A stretch of 64,000 bases of DNA from Spirochaetia bacterium (lineage in GTDB: Bacteria > Spirochaetota > Spirochaetia > CADAEX01), in contig OY759746.1 of the NCBI GenBank assembly GCA_963662795.1, positions 1,280,001 through 1,344,000 on the forward strand, read 5' to 3'. Below, piece by piece: positions 54,005-64,000 of this stretch (within the stretch, counting starts at the first letter, position 1; every line of letters begins with the position of its first letter). The translations under genes and the position numbers were made by a program. Under the pieces are notes generated by a model, which was not told the DNA's origin, made no database searches, and saw only the letters and a program-made list of their open reading frames with translations.

Positions 54005-55497
54005 CTGATATCCCCGCTTGAAGCAAGAGGCCGTGCGCTTGTCTCTTCAGAAAAACGCCCCCCCTCTTTTATGATGGCTGATCCGAAACTGGAAGCAGTA
54101 TTATAATACGAAACTACAGAAAAATAGTAGATTCTTCCGTTTTCAAGATTATTAATTACAACTTCATTTTCTTTTCCCGTATCTATGGGAGATGAGAGGC
54201 CGCTGCCTGAAGAGCCGAAATATTTTCCCGGTCTTTCCCCGAAATATACATAATATCCGCCAAGGTCAGGATCTGCAATCTCATTCCATTTAACCCTTAC
54301 CTTTCCATCGCCGGCTTCCGCCCTTACTGTCTGCGGCGGCGGGGGCGGAGTTTTCTGGTCATACCTTATCTTTATCCAGGAGATGGATGGAGAAGAATTC
54401 ATTTCTCCGTCAGAATACAAATCAGCCTTGATCCTTAAAAACCTTCCTCCTTCAGCATTTATAAAACCGGGAGTGAATTTTTTCCATTCAGGTGAATTTT
54501 CCGGAGGTATCTGTTTAAAATCATCAAGAAAATAATAATATTGTATATCAGTACCGCGGGGCACAAATGACCTTGTTTCTATATTGAAGACAGAAGATTT
54601 GCTGTGACCGATATCAAGCGGCCGGGAAATATAAACACCTGAATAGTCCCTGAATTTTGAAAGCCTGTAGTCATCAACCCATGCGAGTTTCAGCCTGAGC
54701 TCATCAATAAGACCTGTAAAATTATCTCCGATAATTATCCGCCCTTTCTCCCCTGAATAAAAGGGATAGTATTCTCCGGTTTCCCGTTCAGCCTTGTTGG
54801 CATAAATCGATGCATCAGGTATTCCGTCTACGAGATATTCCATCAGACCGGTTAAAGAGCTGTAGCGCAGCAGATGATGCGACCATTTACCGGGAACAAG
54901 TCTCCTGCTTCCCGAAAGCATCAGCTCAAACTGACTGCTGTCTGAAGGGAGAAAAAAGTTTCTGATATTCCATATGACTTTTCTGTCCTGGAAATAGCAT
55001 TTAAAAAACTGGGGGATCAGATTGCCGCCCCTGTTTGTGTAACTGTCGAAGAAGAAGATTGTTTCACTGTCAGTAAAATTCTGTCCGTAAATCCAGAATT
55101 CAATGGAGAAATCGCCGGAGTATACCTTACCGGGGAATATTGATCTCGTTTCTCTCCTGTCAAGAACGACCGCTTCCCTTTCTCCGTTGAAAAGACCGGC
55201 GCCTGAGCCGTATTTTTTCCTTCCTGTCGAAATTGAGGCTTTATTTTCTGTAACATTAAAATTCCCTGCTGAATCGGTCAGGGTGCCTTCATTAAAATGA
55301 ACCAGCAGTTCTGTCAGGCTGTCGGGGCTGTACTCACCCCCTCTTATTACAAGGGAGTTCTCCCCTGCCTGATTTTTATTGAGCTCAATATTTTCAATTC
55401 TTTCTGCCTTCCACTCTTCTCCTCCGAGAAGAAGCTCCCTTTCAACTGGGAAAAGGGAAATCGCAGGCAGTATAAATAAAAACAGTATTTTTTTCAC
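54001..55497 (-). CDS. Exported LamG-like jellyroll + fibronectin type III protein
   Basis: Signal peptide (GTG start at 55497 likely); DFSIEFW, WSHH, FTGLIDELR LamG; WNEIADPDLGGYYVY...LENGRIYYFSVVSY FN3. Confidence 0.85.
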   Translation of the reverse strand: MKKILFLFILPAISLFPVERELLLGGEEWKAERIENIELNKNQAGENSLVIRGGEYSPDSLTELLVHFNEGTLTDSAGNFNVTENKASISTGRKKYGSGAGLFNGEREAVVLDRRETRSIFPGKVYSGDFSIEFWIYGQNFTDSETIFFFDSYTNRGGNLIPQFFKCYFQDRKVIWNIRNFFLPSDSSQFELMLSGSRRLVPGKWSHHLLRYSSLTGLMEYLVDGIPDASIYANKAERETGEYYPFYSGEKGRIIIGDNFTGLIDELRLKLAWVDDYRLSKFRDYSGVYISRPLDIGHSKSSVFNIETRSFVPRGTDIQYYYFLDDFKQIPPENSPEWKKFTPGFINAEGGRFLRIKADLYSDGEMNSSPSISWIKIRYDQKTPPPPPQTVRAEAGDGKVRVKWNEIADPDLGGYYVYFGERPGKYFGSSGSGLSSPIDTGKENEVVINNLENGRIYYFSVVSYYNTASSFGSAIIKEGGRFSEETSARPLASSGDIR

Positions 55498-55622
55498 TGG
55501 CAAAATTCTCTTTAGTTCTGTAATTTATATAAGGGAGCCTGTAACATCCGGTACAGAACCTTCCCGGGCAATGCCTGAGAGGGCGTTTCCCTTAATAGAC
55601 CTTATAAAAATTATCGGAATAA

Positions 55623-57455
55623 ATGGAAAATTTAAAAGCAAATAGAGCTAAACTTGAAGAAACCATAAAAGAACTGCCTGAAAATCCCGGTGTATATATG
55701 ATGAAAAACAGTAAAAATGACATCATATATGTCGGAAAAGCCAAAAATTTAAAATCAAGGGTTAAATCCTATTTTTCAACATCTGCGAAAAAAGAGTTAA
55801 AGACATCCCATCTTGTCAAAAGAATACATTCCATCGAGATAATAACAACCGGAACAGAGTACGAAGCCCTGATTCTTGAGAATAATCTTATAAAAAAATG
55901 GAAACCCAGGTATAACATAAGCCTCAAAGACAATAAAACATTTCCTGTAATAAGGGTTACAAATGAGGATTTTCCAAGGGTATTCAGAACCAGAAGAATA
56001 ATAGAAGACGGGTCTCTCTATTTCGGGCCCTATCCGGACGTAAAAAGCATTGATACATATCTTGAGCTGATAAAAAAAAGGTTTAAAATCAGAAAGTGCA
56101 GGGAAATACCACTTAAAAAGCGGAAAGCCCCATGCCTTTACTATCACATAGGACAGTGCAATGCCCCCTGTACAGGAGCCGCTGATAAAAAAGAGTATAA
56201 TTCCGAAATAAAAACAATAACAAAAATCCTTACAGGGAAAACCTCATCACTGATAAAAGAGTTTGAAAAAGAGATGAAAAAAGCGTCTTCCGCGCTTGAT
56301 TATGAAAAAGCGGCCAGGTTCAGGGACCTTATCTCTTCAATAAGAATTATTACAGACGAGCAGAAAGTGCAGGATTTCAGCAGCGGAAAAAAAGATTACA
56401 TTTCTCTTTTAAGCAGCGGTGAGAACAGTGCCGCAGTTGTGCTTCAGGTAAGGGATGGGAAACTGTCGGGAAAATCAGTTTTCACATTTACAAGCTATTC
56501 AGACACCACAGAAGACATGACCCGGTTCCTCATACAGTATTATACGGATTATTTCAGGGAAACAGAGGCCGCAGCCCTCGTTCCCGAGAGGATAGTTTTG
56601 AACATCCTTCCGGAGACTGATCTTGTTGAAAGGTTTTTTCTCGAAAAAATATCAGTTCCTTTCAATCCGGCCCTTCCTGCTGATGATAAAGAAGCTTCAA
56701 TAATGAAAATGGCTGAAGAGAACTGCAGACTTGAACTTATGAACAGGGAAAAACAGGCCTCAACAGCAGAAGCGCTCAAAGAACTTAAAAACAGACTCGG
56801 GCTGAACAGGATTCCTGTCCGGATAGAAGGTTTTGACATTGCCCATCTCGCGGGAAAACATACTGCAGCATCAATGGTCTCGTTCCATAACGGGAAGCCT
56901 GACAAGGCAGAATACAGAATATTCCGTATTAAAAGCCTTCCTGAATTCGGGATTGATGATTATGCTTCCATCAGGGAAGCGGTCGCCAGGCGCTATACCA
57001 GGCTGAAAAACGAATCTTTTCCGCTTCCCGACCTGGTCCTTATAGACGGGGGAAAAGGCCAGCTGAACGCTGCTCTTGGAATATTTGAAGCTCTGGGGAT
57101 AAAAGAAATAAATGTCGCATCCCTTGCCAAACAGGAAGAACTGTTATTTGTCCCCGGTATGGATAAAGCTGTAAAACTTGAGGAAGGCTCTCCTGCCCTG
57201 AGAATAGTTCAGCATGTAAGGGATGAGGCACACCGTTTCGCAACAACATTCAACAAAAATATGAGAAAAAAAGAGGTTTCATTCTCGCTGCTTGAAGAAA
57301 TTCCAGGGATAGGCGCGGAAAGAAGCAAAAAGCTTATCAGCGAGTTCGGTAGTGTTGAAAATATAAGAAATGCAGATATCTACTCAATATCTCAGAGGGC
57401 AGGAATCCCTCTTAAAGCAGCTGAGGCAGTAATAGAATATCTTAAGGGAATCTGA
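55623..57455 (+). CDS. uvrC: Excinuclease ABC subunit C
   Basis: PGVYMM...IYVGKAKNLKSRVKSYF (GIY-YIG), IEGFDIAH, IDGGKGQL, RDEAHRFA and HhH IPGIG. Confidence 0.97.
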   Translation: MENLKANRAKLEETIKELPENPGVYMMKNSKNDIIYVGKAKNLKSRVKSYFSTSAKKELKTSHLVKRIHSIEIITTGTEYEALILENNLIKKWKPRYNISLKDNKTFPVIRVTNEDFPRVFRTRRIIEDGSLYFGPYPDVKSIDTYLELIKKRFKIRKCREIPLKKRKAPCLYYHIGQCNAPCTGAADKKEYNSEIKTITKILTGKTSSLIKEFEKEMKKASSALDYEKAARFRDLISSIRIITDEQKVQDFSSGKKDYISLLSSGENSAAVVLQVRDGKLSGKSVFTFTSYSDTTEDMTRFLIQYYTDYFRETEAAALVPERIVLNILPETDLVERFFLEKISVPFNPALPADDKEASIMKMAEENCRLELMNREKQASTAEALKELKNRLGLNRIPVRIEGFDIAHLAGKHTAASMVSFHNGKPDKAEYRIFRIKSLPEFGIDDYASIREAVARRYTRLKNESFPLPDLVLIDGGKGQLNAALGIFEALGIKEINVASLAKQEELLFVPGMDKAVKLEEGSPALRIVQHVRDEAHRFATTFNKNMRKKEVSFSLLEEIPGIGAERSKKLISEFGSVENIRNADIYSISQRAGIPLKAAEAVIEYLKGI

Positions 57456-58461
57456 AATGAGAAGTATGAGAGCTTTTCGCGTCGATATTTTTTCCCTTGC
57501 AGATAATAACTGAATAGAGAAAAACAGGAAACATGACATGCTGTATCTCGACTCTGGTTGATCGGAATAAAAAATCATAATACGATATAAGCACTATAAT
57601 ATTCTCAAGATCAGATACAGAATAATTGGAAGATGCATCAGAATAAACACTCTGCCTTTTTTTCCCTCGTATATTCATCATCAGACATGCATCAGAAAAT
57701 GATTTCTTTTTATCAAGCAGTTTTAAAAAATTATAGAGATTTCTAAACTGCCATAAAAGCCCGCCGAGAATTCTCACAGGGCTGCCGTCCGATGAAAGTA
57801 TTACAGTCTGCGATGCCTCAACTGATTTTTTAAAATCTCCTGATGCAATATAGTCGAACAGGGTAAAGACATTTTCCTCTTTCCTGTTATGAAAAAAATC
57901 AGCAATTCTCTCTTCAGTAATTACTTCATCAGCATTAAAATAGATGGCAAGGTTGGAGCATTCCTTTTTCAGCGTTTCGCTGTCTCCCTCAAGCATATCA
58001 ATCAGAAAATCAACTGCGCTGCTTTCAATCGTAAGCTTTTCCTTATGGAAAAACTGGATTACCCACCCCTTTTTTTTGCTGTCAAACATTTCCCAGAATA
58101 TTTTCCGGCATGAGGATGGAATATTTTTTTCAATTAAAGGATCAGCTTTCATCTCCTCTGTCTGCAGAATCAGAAAAGCATCTTCTGAAGGTTTTTTCAG
58201 ATAATCAGCAATAATTGATGCGTCTTTTTTCCTGAGATCATGGCAGTTTTTGATAAGAACAATCTTTGCAGGAGCAAACAGGGAAATATTTCTGAGCAGG
58301 GCAATAACATCAGAGGCATCCTTATCATAGGGGTAGAAGCTGTATTCATCCGGGGGAGCGCCGTATATTGCCGTGATATTGTTCTTTATTGATGCGGCAA
58401 AGTCGTTTTTCTCTCCTGTTTCAGGTCCGAGAAGAAGCCAGGCAGGTGCGGGTTTAGTCAT
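57442..58461 (-). CDS. holA: DNA polymerase III subunit delta
   Basis: WLLLGPE, ISLFAPAKIVLIK and EENVFTLFD patterns; expected size. Confidence 0.85.
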   Translation of the reverse strand: MTKPAPAWLLLGPETGEKNDFAASIKNNITAIYGAPPDEYSFYPYDKDASDVIALLRNISLFAPAKIVLIKNCHDLRKKDASIIADYLKKPSEDAFLILQTEEMKADPLIEKNIPSSCRKIFWEMFDSKKKGWVIQFFHKEKLTIESSAVDFLIDMLEGDSETLKKECSNLAIYFNADEVITEERIADFFHNRKEENVFTLFDYIASGDFKKSVEASQTVILSSDGSPVRILGGLLWQFRNLYNFLKLLDKKKSFSDACLMMNIRGKKRQSVYSDASSNYSVSDLENIIVLISYYDFLFRSTRVEIQHVMFPVFLYSVIICKGKNIDAKSSHTSHFRFP

Positions 58462-59056
58462 AATTTCTCACCAGGCATACAAGTTTTCCAAGTATCCTCA
58501 CGTTCTGTGTATAAATAGGTGGGTAGACAGGGTTCTCTGCTTTCAGTTTTATCCTGTTTGTTTCCCTGTAAAACCGTTTAAGGGTAACTGCCTCATCATT
58601 CAGAAGGGCGACAACAATGTTCCCGTTTTCCGCTGTCACCTGATGAACTATCAGTGCTGTATCTCCCTCAAGTATTCCCGCGTCCTTCATGCTGTCCCCT
58701 TTTACCTTAAGGGCGAAATGCTGCCCTTTTTTGAGATACCGGACAGGGACAGGTATATAGCCGTCAAGATTTTCTTCGGAAAGGAGAGGTACTCCTGCCG
58801 CGACATTGCCCAGAAGAGGGACATTTATTACTTCATCAACATCAAAATTTTCCGCAACTTCGATGGCACGCGAACGGCGGAGATTGCATTTTATGCTTTC
58901 TTTTTTTTCAAGCGCTTTAAGGTGGTCGTAGGCCCCTTTTACAGAAATACTGAAGAATTCAGCTATTTCCCTGATTGTCGGCGGATAAGAATTTTTATTC
59001 CTGTAATCCTTGATAAAATCAAGTACTTCTGCCTGCCTCTTTGTAAGAGTTTTCAT
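58454..59056 (-). CDS. lexA: LexA repressor
   Basis: LTKRQ...YPPTIREI wHTH; VAAG cleavage site; GDSM (Ser) and TLKR (Lys). Confidence 0.96.
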   Translation of the reverse strand: MKTLTKRQAEVLDFIKDYRNKNSYPPTIREIAEFFSISVKGAYDHLKALEKKESIKCNLRRSRAIEVAENFDVDEVINVPLLGNVAAGVPLLSEENLDGYIPVPVRYLKKGQHFALKVKGDSMKDAGILEGDTALIVHQVTAENGNIVVALLNDEAVTLKRFYRETNRIKLKAENPVYPPIYTQNVRILGKLVCLVRNYD

Positions 59057-60426
59057 TTTAAATTTATTCCCAGTTTTTTTAATTTCTGATGAAGGTTCCC
59101 CGGGTACATACCCAGTTCCTGCGCTGTCTTAGTTATATTATAACTGTTTTTCTCAAGTTTATTAACAAGAAATTTTCTTTCAAACAGTTCTTTGGCATCA
59201 TTAAGGTTCAATTCAGCATCAATTCCGCCGATGTGCGCCTCTGTTGCAGATTTTTTATTTGAAGAAACAGGACAGTCAGGTTCTCCAAGATAAAAAGCTG
59301 TTGTTTCTGCTGAAACGACAGTCTCATCTGTCATTACTGATATCCTCTGTATAAAATTCTTAAGTTCCCTTATGTTTCCGGGCCACCGGTACTCCTGCAT
59401 AAGAGCAATACCCTCAGGAGAGACTGACTTTTCATTTTTATTGTATTTCTTAAGAAAATATTCAACCAGATCGGGGATATCGGTTTTCCTTTCCCTTAAA
59501 GGGGGAAGATTAATCGGAATTACATTAAGCCTGAAATAAAGGTCCTCCCTGAATCTGCCATTCCTGACTTCGTTAAATATATCGCGGTTAGTTGCCGCAA
59601 GTATCCTGACATTGACCTGTGTGCTTTTTTCGCTTCCAACTCTCTCAAACCTCATCTCCTGAATTGCCCTTAAAACCTTTGCCTGGGCATTTAAGGACAT
59701 GTCCGCAACCTCATCAAGAAAGAGAGTTCCCCTGTCCGCAACTTCAAATTTCCCGCGCCGGCCTGCGACAGCTCCGGTAAAAGAGCCTTTTTCATGCCCG
59801 AAAAGCTCGCTTTCAATCAGTGTATCAGGAATTGAAGCACAGTTTACTTCAACAAACGGAAAATCCTTTCTTCGGCTTCTTCTGTGTATCTCCCTGGCAA
59901 CCAGTTCTTTTCCTGTCCCGTTTTCGCCAAGTATCATTACACTGACATCAGAAGCAGATACCTGCTCAATGATTTTCCATATTTTATCCATTTCAGGGCC
60001 TGAACCAGTCATCCGGTCCTCAATAAACAGGGACTCTTTAAGCTCCCTGTTTTCCTTCCTGAGTTTCTCAAGCGCAAGCGCGTTTTTTACTACGGTTACA
60101 ACCTTGTCCAGGGAAAGCGGTTTTTCAAGAAAATCAAACGCCCCTTTTTTGACAGCCTTTACCGCCATATCAATGTTTCCGTGCCCCGAGATAACCACAA
60201 CTTCAAGGTCAGGCCTGCCTATTTTAAGCTTGTCCAGAACTTCCATTCCTCCCATTCCGGGGAGCCAGACGTCAAGAATTACGAGATCATAATTTCCATC
60301 TTCCGCTTTTGACAGCCCCTCGAGTCCGTCTTTTGCGCTGTCAACAGAATAGCCTTCATCCTCAAGAATACCTGAAAGGACTTCCCTTATATTTTCTTCA
60401 TCATCTACTATCAGTATTTTATTCAT
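59053..60426 (-). CDS. Sigma54-dependent response regulator (NtrX/NtrC-like; REC-AAA+-HTH)
   Basis: ILIVDDE, LDVWLP, GENGTGKE, ESELFGHEKGSFTGA, FLDEV and WPGNIRELKN motifs; start placed at ATG 60426. Confidence 0.93.
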   Translation of the reverse strand: MNKILIVDDEENIREVLSGILEDEGYSVDSAKDGLEGLSKAEDGNYDLVILDVWLPGMGGMEVLDKLKIGRPDLEVVVISGHGNIDMAVKAVKKGAFDFLEKPLSLDKVVTVVKNALALEKLRKENRELKESLFIEDRMTGSGPEMDKIWKIIEQVSASDVSVMILGENGTGKELVAREIHRRSRRKDFPFVEVNCASIPDTLIESELFGHEKGSFTGAVAGRRGKFEVADRGTLFLDEVADMSLNAQAKVLRAIQEMRFERVGSEKSTQVNVRILAATNRDIFNEVRNGRFREDLYFRLNVIPINLPPLRERKTDIPDLVEYFLKKYNKNEKSVSPEGIALMQEYRWPGNIRELKNFIQRISVMTDETVVSAETTAFYLGEPDCPVSSNKKSATEAHIGGIDAELNLNDAKELFERKFLVNKLEKNSYNITKTAQELGMYPGNLHQKLKKLGINLK

Positions 60427-62188
60427 TCTCTGTCCCGAAAGGGAGATCAATAAAAAATGTAGACCCCACCCCTTTTTCTGTTTCAAACCATATAGAACCA
60501 TTATGGTCAAAAATAATCCTTTCAACAATAGCAAGGCCGAGACCTGTTCCGTTTTCCCTGGTTGTAAAATAAGGGGCAAAAACCTGGTCCACGATCTCTC
60601 CATCAATACCCTTTCCCGAGTCCGCTATCTGGATTCTGTAGAATTTTCTGTTTTCCTTCACTATGCTGTCGGTCCTTATTGAAACTGTTCCTTTACCGTC
60701 CATCGCATCGATAGCGTTTGTAAAAAGATTGATAAGCACCTGCTTGATTTTTTCCCTGTCAATATGAATCTGGACCCCGGTATCAACGCTTTGAAGATTA
60801 AAATCAATCCCCGGCGCGGAAGATGAGAAAATATCGCAGGCTTCCCGTATTATCTCTGCCGGATCAGAGGGAGTAAGCATGACAGGAGGCATTCTTGCAA
60901 AATCGCTGAATTCAGCAAGCAGCCGGCTGAGTCTCTCTACCTCTGTTACAATTACCCTTACCGAGGAATTCAGTATTTTGCTGAAATTGGGATCTTCCGC
61001 ATTATATCTTTTAAGCGTTCTCTCGGCAGACAGCTTTATGGGAGTAAGGGGGTTCTTGATTTCATGGGCCATTCTCCTCGCAATCTCTTTCCACGCATTT
61101 ATTTTATCTGCCTGCATGTTCTTTTTTCTTGAGATTTCAAGCTCTTTTATCATCTGGTTGAAGGACTTTACCAGAACAGAAATATTGTCCCCGGGCCTCG
61201 CAAGAAGCCTGAAGGAAAAATCCCCTTCGGCGACACGCCTTGTCGCCTCTTCAAGCTGAACAATAGGATGAAGTATTTCCTCCGACAAACGGAAACTGAT
61301 CATTATGGAAAGAAGGAATATCGGCAGGCTGAAGAACATGAGTACGGCTATAATAATAAGTCTGAATACAGTCTGATAATTTTCAAGCTGAACAAGGACA
61401 TCATAGGAAGAAGTGAGTTTTTCCGCTTTTGAGTCAAACCCGGAGGGGAGAAAAGAACTCAGGACAAGGGTATATGACCCGCCGCTTCCCCTGAAACTGC
61501 CCTGGACACGCAGTATGCTTACATCATCTGCAGTTTCCCTTGTAAGAAGCCCTTTAACGCCCGGAGAGACTCTTTCATCCGGCAGCTTTCCTTTCTCCCT
61601 GCCTGTAAAGAAGACAGTCTCGCTTCCCCTCATCAGCTGCATACTGTCAAGAAAAGGGTAGCTTTCCTTATATAATTCCCATCCCCGCTGAGGAGCTGAT
61701 GGAATAATCCTGGCCACATAGCTGAAAAAGGGGGAATCGACAACAGCTTCAAGGGATGAGGTACGTTCCCTGTAATATTCAAGAGCGATGTCAAGCCCTC
61801 CTTTAACAGAGCCTGAGTGGTCTCTTGTAAGCCATGAACTCATAACTGTATCAATGAAGTTTATTGAAAGAACAGCCTGAGGAACAGCAGAGACAAAAGC
61901 TACAAAAGTAAAAAAAAGAATAAGCTTGATCTTGAAAGTAACGCCTGGCTTTTTCTTCCTGTTGTCGCGGATAATCCTTGCAATATTTATGGCAATATTT
62001 CCGATCAGGAAAAAGGGAAGGACTGCAGCAAAGGGAAGAATTACAAGCCTCGACGGTATATCGTCGGTTGAAAGATCATTCATGATCTGCCCGGACAGGA
62101 ACAGTATCAGAAATATTATAAAAACATAAATAAAAAGAATGCTTAAGAGGCCTGCTCTTGATGTAATTAGAGGTTGTGGCCCTTTCAT
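60419..62188 (-). CDS. NtrY-like membrane sensor histidine kinase (HAMP-HisKA-HATPase)
   Basis: TMs, HAMP, AWKEIARRMAHEIKNPLTPI, NLFTNAIDA, DSGKG and GTGLGL motifs. Confidence 0.93.
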   Translation of the reverse strand: MKGPQPLITSRAGLLSILFIYVFIIFLILFLSGQIMNDLSTDDIPSRLVILPFAAVLPFFLIGNIAINIARIIRDNRKKKPGVTFKIKLILFFTFVAFVSAVPQAVLSINFIDTVMSSWLTRDHSGSVKGGLDIALEYYRERTSSLEAVVDSPFFSYVARIIPSAPQRGWELYKESYPFLDSMQLMRGSETVFFTGREKGKLPDERVSPGVKGLLTRETADDVSILRVQGSFRGSGGSYTLVLSSFLPSGFDSKAEKLTSSYDVLVQLENYQTVFRLIIIAVLMFFSLPIFLLSIMISFRLSEEILHPIVQLEEATRRVAEGDFSFRLLARPGDNISVLVKSFNQMIKELEISRKKNMQADKINAWKEIARRMAHEIKNPLTPIKLSAERTLKRYNAEDPNFSKILNSSVRVIVTEVERLSRLLAEFSDFARMPPVMLTPSDPAEIIREACDIFSSSAPGIDFNLQSVDTGVQIHIDREKIKQVLINLFTNAIDAMDGKGTVSIRTDSIVKENRKFYRIQIADSGKGIDGEIVDQVFAPYFTTRENGTGLGLAIVERIIFDHNGSIWFETEKGVGSTFFIDLPFGTENE

Positions 62189-62742
62189 TATTTAATCCTG
62201 AAGCTGCCGGCGCTGATCCAGTCGGTTTTTTCAATTATACCCGGGATGACATGCGACAGCAGATTAAGCGGCGGCATGAGTTTTATTATTTTCATCTCGA
62301 TTTTCCCGGCAGCATAGTATTCGCCTTTGCCGGCCTTTTTCATGTCAACAACCACCTCATCCATTGAAAAAAAGGTTTCGAAAAAAGAGGCTTTATCTTT
62401 TATTACCTTTTTTTTCCCGGCTGAGTCAGTTATATGAAAAATATCTCCGAATGGATCCCTGGTTGCAACATATGATACTGAAATTTCCTTTATAAGTCTG
62501 TCTCCAAAAAGGCCGATAAATTTTGATTTATTTTCATAGACTCTAATCCTGTATTCTATCTCTGTCCTGTGGCCAAGCTCCATTGAATTAATAATATTCC
62601 CGGTCTTGAAAGGTTTTGTTTTGATAGAGCAGACAAGGGAATTACCGCTGTCAAGAAAACAGGAGACTTCTGCTGTTTCTCCCCAAACCTGTGAGAGGAG
62701 GAAAAACATCAATAAAAAAAGAAAGATACTATTCTTCTTCAA
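62188..62742 (-). CDS. DUF4390-like exported protein
   Basis: Signal peptide if TTG 62742 is the start; position directly upstream of an NtrY-like kinase is typical of DUF4390. Confidence 0.65.
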   Translation of the reverse strand: MKKNSIFLFLLMFFLLSQVWGETAEVSCFLDSGNSLVCSIKTKPFKTGNIINSMELGHRTEIEYRIRVYENKSKFIGLFGDRLIKEISVSYVATRDPFGDIFHITDSAGKKKVIKDKASFFETFFSMDEVVVDMKKAGKGEYYAAGKIEMKIIKLMPPLNLLSHVIPGIIEKTDWISAGSFRIK

Positions 62743-63004
62743 ATTTATTCTCGAATAAATTGAAAAGAGCTTCGACCGCCGACTGTTCATCTTCACCATC
62801 CGCTACCAAAATCAGTTCTGTTTTAAATGCCGCAGCAAGTGTAATAATTCCCATAATTGATTTTGCGTTTATTTCGTCATTATCTTTTTTTATTCTTATT
62901 TCGCAATTATATTTATTTGCGGTCTTTACAATATTGGCAGCAGGCCTGGCGTGTATTCCAGCGCGGTTTTTTACAGTGACAGCTTTCTCAATCATCCGGT
63001 TCAA
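62729..63004 (-). CDS. ptsH: Phosphocarrier protein HPr
   Basis: GIHARPA (His15) and NAKSIMG (Ser46) motifs. Confidence 0.96.
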   Translation of the reverse strand: MNRMIEKAVTVKNRAGIHARPAANIVKTANKYNCEIRIKKDNDEINAKSIMGIITLAAAFKTELILVADGEDEQSAVEALFNLFENKFEEE

Positions 63005-63044
63005 TCTCCATATTTTTGCTTTAACTTATGTAATTCGGGAAAAA

Positions 63045-63998
63045 TTACTTCAGGGAATTCTCGGAATCTGTATCTGTTTCCAGCCACCTGATTACCTTCT
63101 GGTTAAATTCTCTTGCTGAATAATATCCCATTCTTTTTAATCTTTCATTCATGGCCGCAGTTTCAATTATTATCGGAGTATTCCTGCCTGGTTTTACAGG
63201 TATATCAACGCAGGGCACCTGTACGCCAAGTATCTCCTCAGTAATTTCACTGGATCCCAGCCTGTCATAAACCTTTTCAGAATCCCAGTCTTCAAGGTTT
63301 ACAATCAGCTGCACCTGTTTCGAGTCACGTATCGCCCCAACTCCGAAAAGATGGGTGATGTTGATTATCCCCAGGCCCCTTATTTCCATATGATGAGCCA
63401 GAAATACATTCCCGCCCTTACCTTCAAGATGGTTCCCTGATACCCTTTTTATCTCAACAAGATCATCTGCTATAAGCCGGTGGCCCCTTTCAATCAGCTC
63501 CAGGGCAGCTTCGCTTTTACCAACTCCGCTTTTTCCCTTGATCAGAACACCTATCCCGAAAACTTCAACAAATACAGCATGCATAACCTGCTGCGGAGCG
63601 AATATCCCCTCAAGGACCCTTATCAGCCTCTGGGAAAGCTCAGGTGATGTAAGCGGCGACTGAAGTATTGGACATCTGGAGTTTTCTGCCATCTGTATAA
63701 AAATTTCTTCCGGTTCCGCGCCGTATGGAAATATGCAGCATGGAAAAGGAAAAGAAAAAAACCGCTCAAGCGAATCCGTGTTTTTTTCCTCAATCATCTT
63801 TTTTATATAGGCAAACTCGCCCCGTCCGAAAACCTGTATCCGCTGATAGGCAAAATTATCGAAATATCCCGCAAGCGCAAGCCCCGGCCTGTCAAGATAT
63901 GCTACCGTTATTTCCCTTCCAAGGCCTGCCCTGCCGGCTATGCATTTTAACTGAAGCGCATCATTTTCTTTCAGGTCAAGTCCCAGCAGGTCAAGGAT
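63045..63998 (-). CDS. hprK: HPr(Ser) kinase/phosphorylase; 5' end beyond the window
   Basis: GKSGVGKSE, HRLIADD and MEIRGLGII motifs. The frame stays open upstream of 63797 to the edge (…DRPGLALAGYFDNFAYQRIQVFG…). Confidence 0.96.
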   Translation of the reverse strand: MLDLLGLDLKENDALQLKCIAGRAGLGREITVAYLDRPGLALAGYFDNFAYQRIQVFGRGEFAYIKKMIEEKNTDSLERFFSFPFPCCIFPYGAEPEEIFIQMAENSRCPILQSPLTSPELSQRLIRVLEGIFAPQQVMHAVFVEVFGIGVLIKGKSGVGKSEAALELIERGHRLIADDLVEIKRVSGNHLEGKGGNVFLAHHMEIRGLGIINITHLFGVGAIRDSKQVQLIVNLEDWDSEKVYDRLGSSEITEEILGVQVPCVDIPVKPGRNTPIIIETAAMNERLKRMGYYSAREFNQKVIRWLETDTDSENSLK

Positions 63999-64000
63999 AG

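Noticed and set aside
55515-55559. GTTCTGTA-N29-TACAGAAC upstream of uvrC as an SOS box
   Set aside because: Spacer far too long for a LexA dimer site, and no second copy seen at other repair genes.
63045-63797. Apparently truncated 250-aa HprK
   Set aside because: The frame is open to the window edge; the truncation is a window artefact, not a pseudogene.
1-64000. CRISPR arrays, rRNA, transposases, prophage or defence systems
   Set aside because: No regularly spaced repeats or hallmark genes seen; intergenic gaps are all under about 450 bp.

Overview
Bacterial chromosomal window, mostly on the minus strand. Gene content and order (archaeal-type pyrH, lolA-rodZ-rimO-uvrD, hprK-ptsH-DUF4390-ntrY/ntrX-like-lexA-holA, BMP lipoprotein) suggest a free-living spirochaete (inference). 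Contents in order: nucleoside salvage genes (pdp, deoB, BMP lipoprotein), hflX and acyP, a six-gene glycogen cluster, recX-rpsI-rplM, an AT-rich ~6 kb catabolic islet, housekeeping genes with tRNA-Leu(CAA), a GT2/outer-membrane export locus, a TPR/HDOD/MBL operon, uvrC, and the 3' part of an hprK operon. Best novelty candidates: (1) 42600-49526, a HEAT-repeat-fused processive GT2 synthase translationally coupled to an ODP-GGDEF-REC protein whose three domains all lack their catalytic residues, divergent from a TPR/beta-barrel exporter; (2) a glycogen cluster with an apparently split, eukaryote-type indirect debranching enzyme; (3) an RpiR-regulated DUF819/M20/choline-kinase-like/proline-iminopeptidase islet with clear tandem operator boxes; (4) a small protein with PHPT1/Janus-like phosphohistidine phosphatase motifs. 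No CRISPR array, rRNA, integrase or transposase was seen. All family calls come from motif recognition by eye, not database searches.
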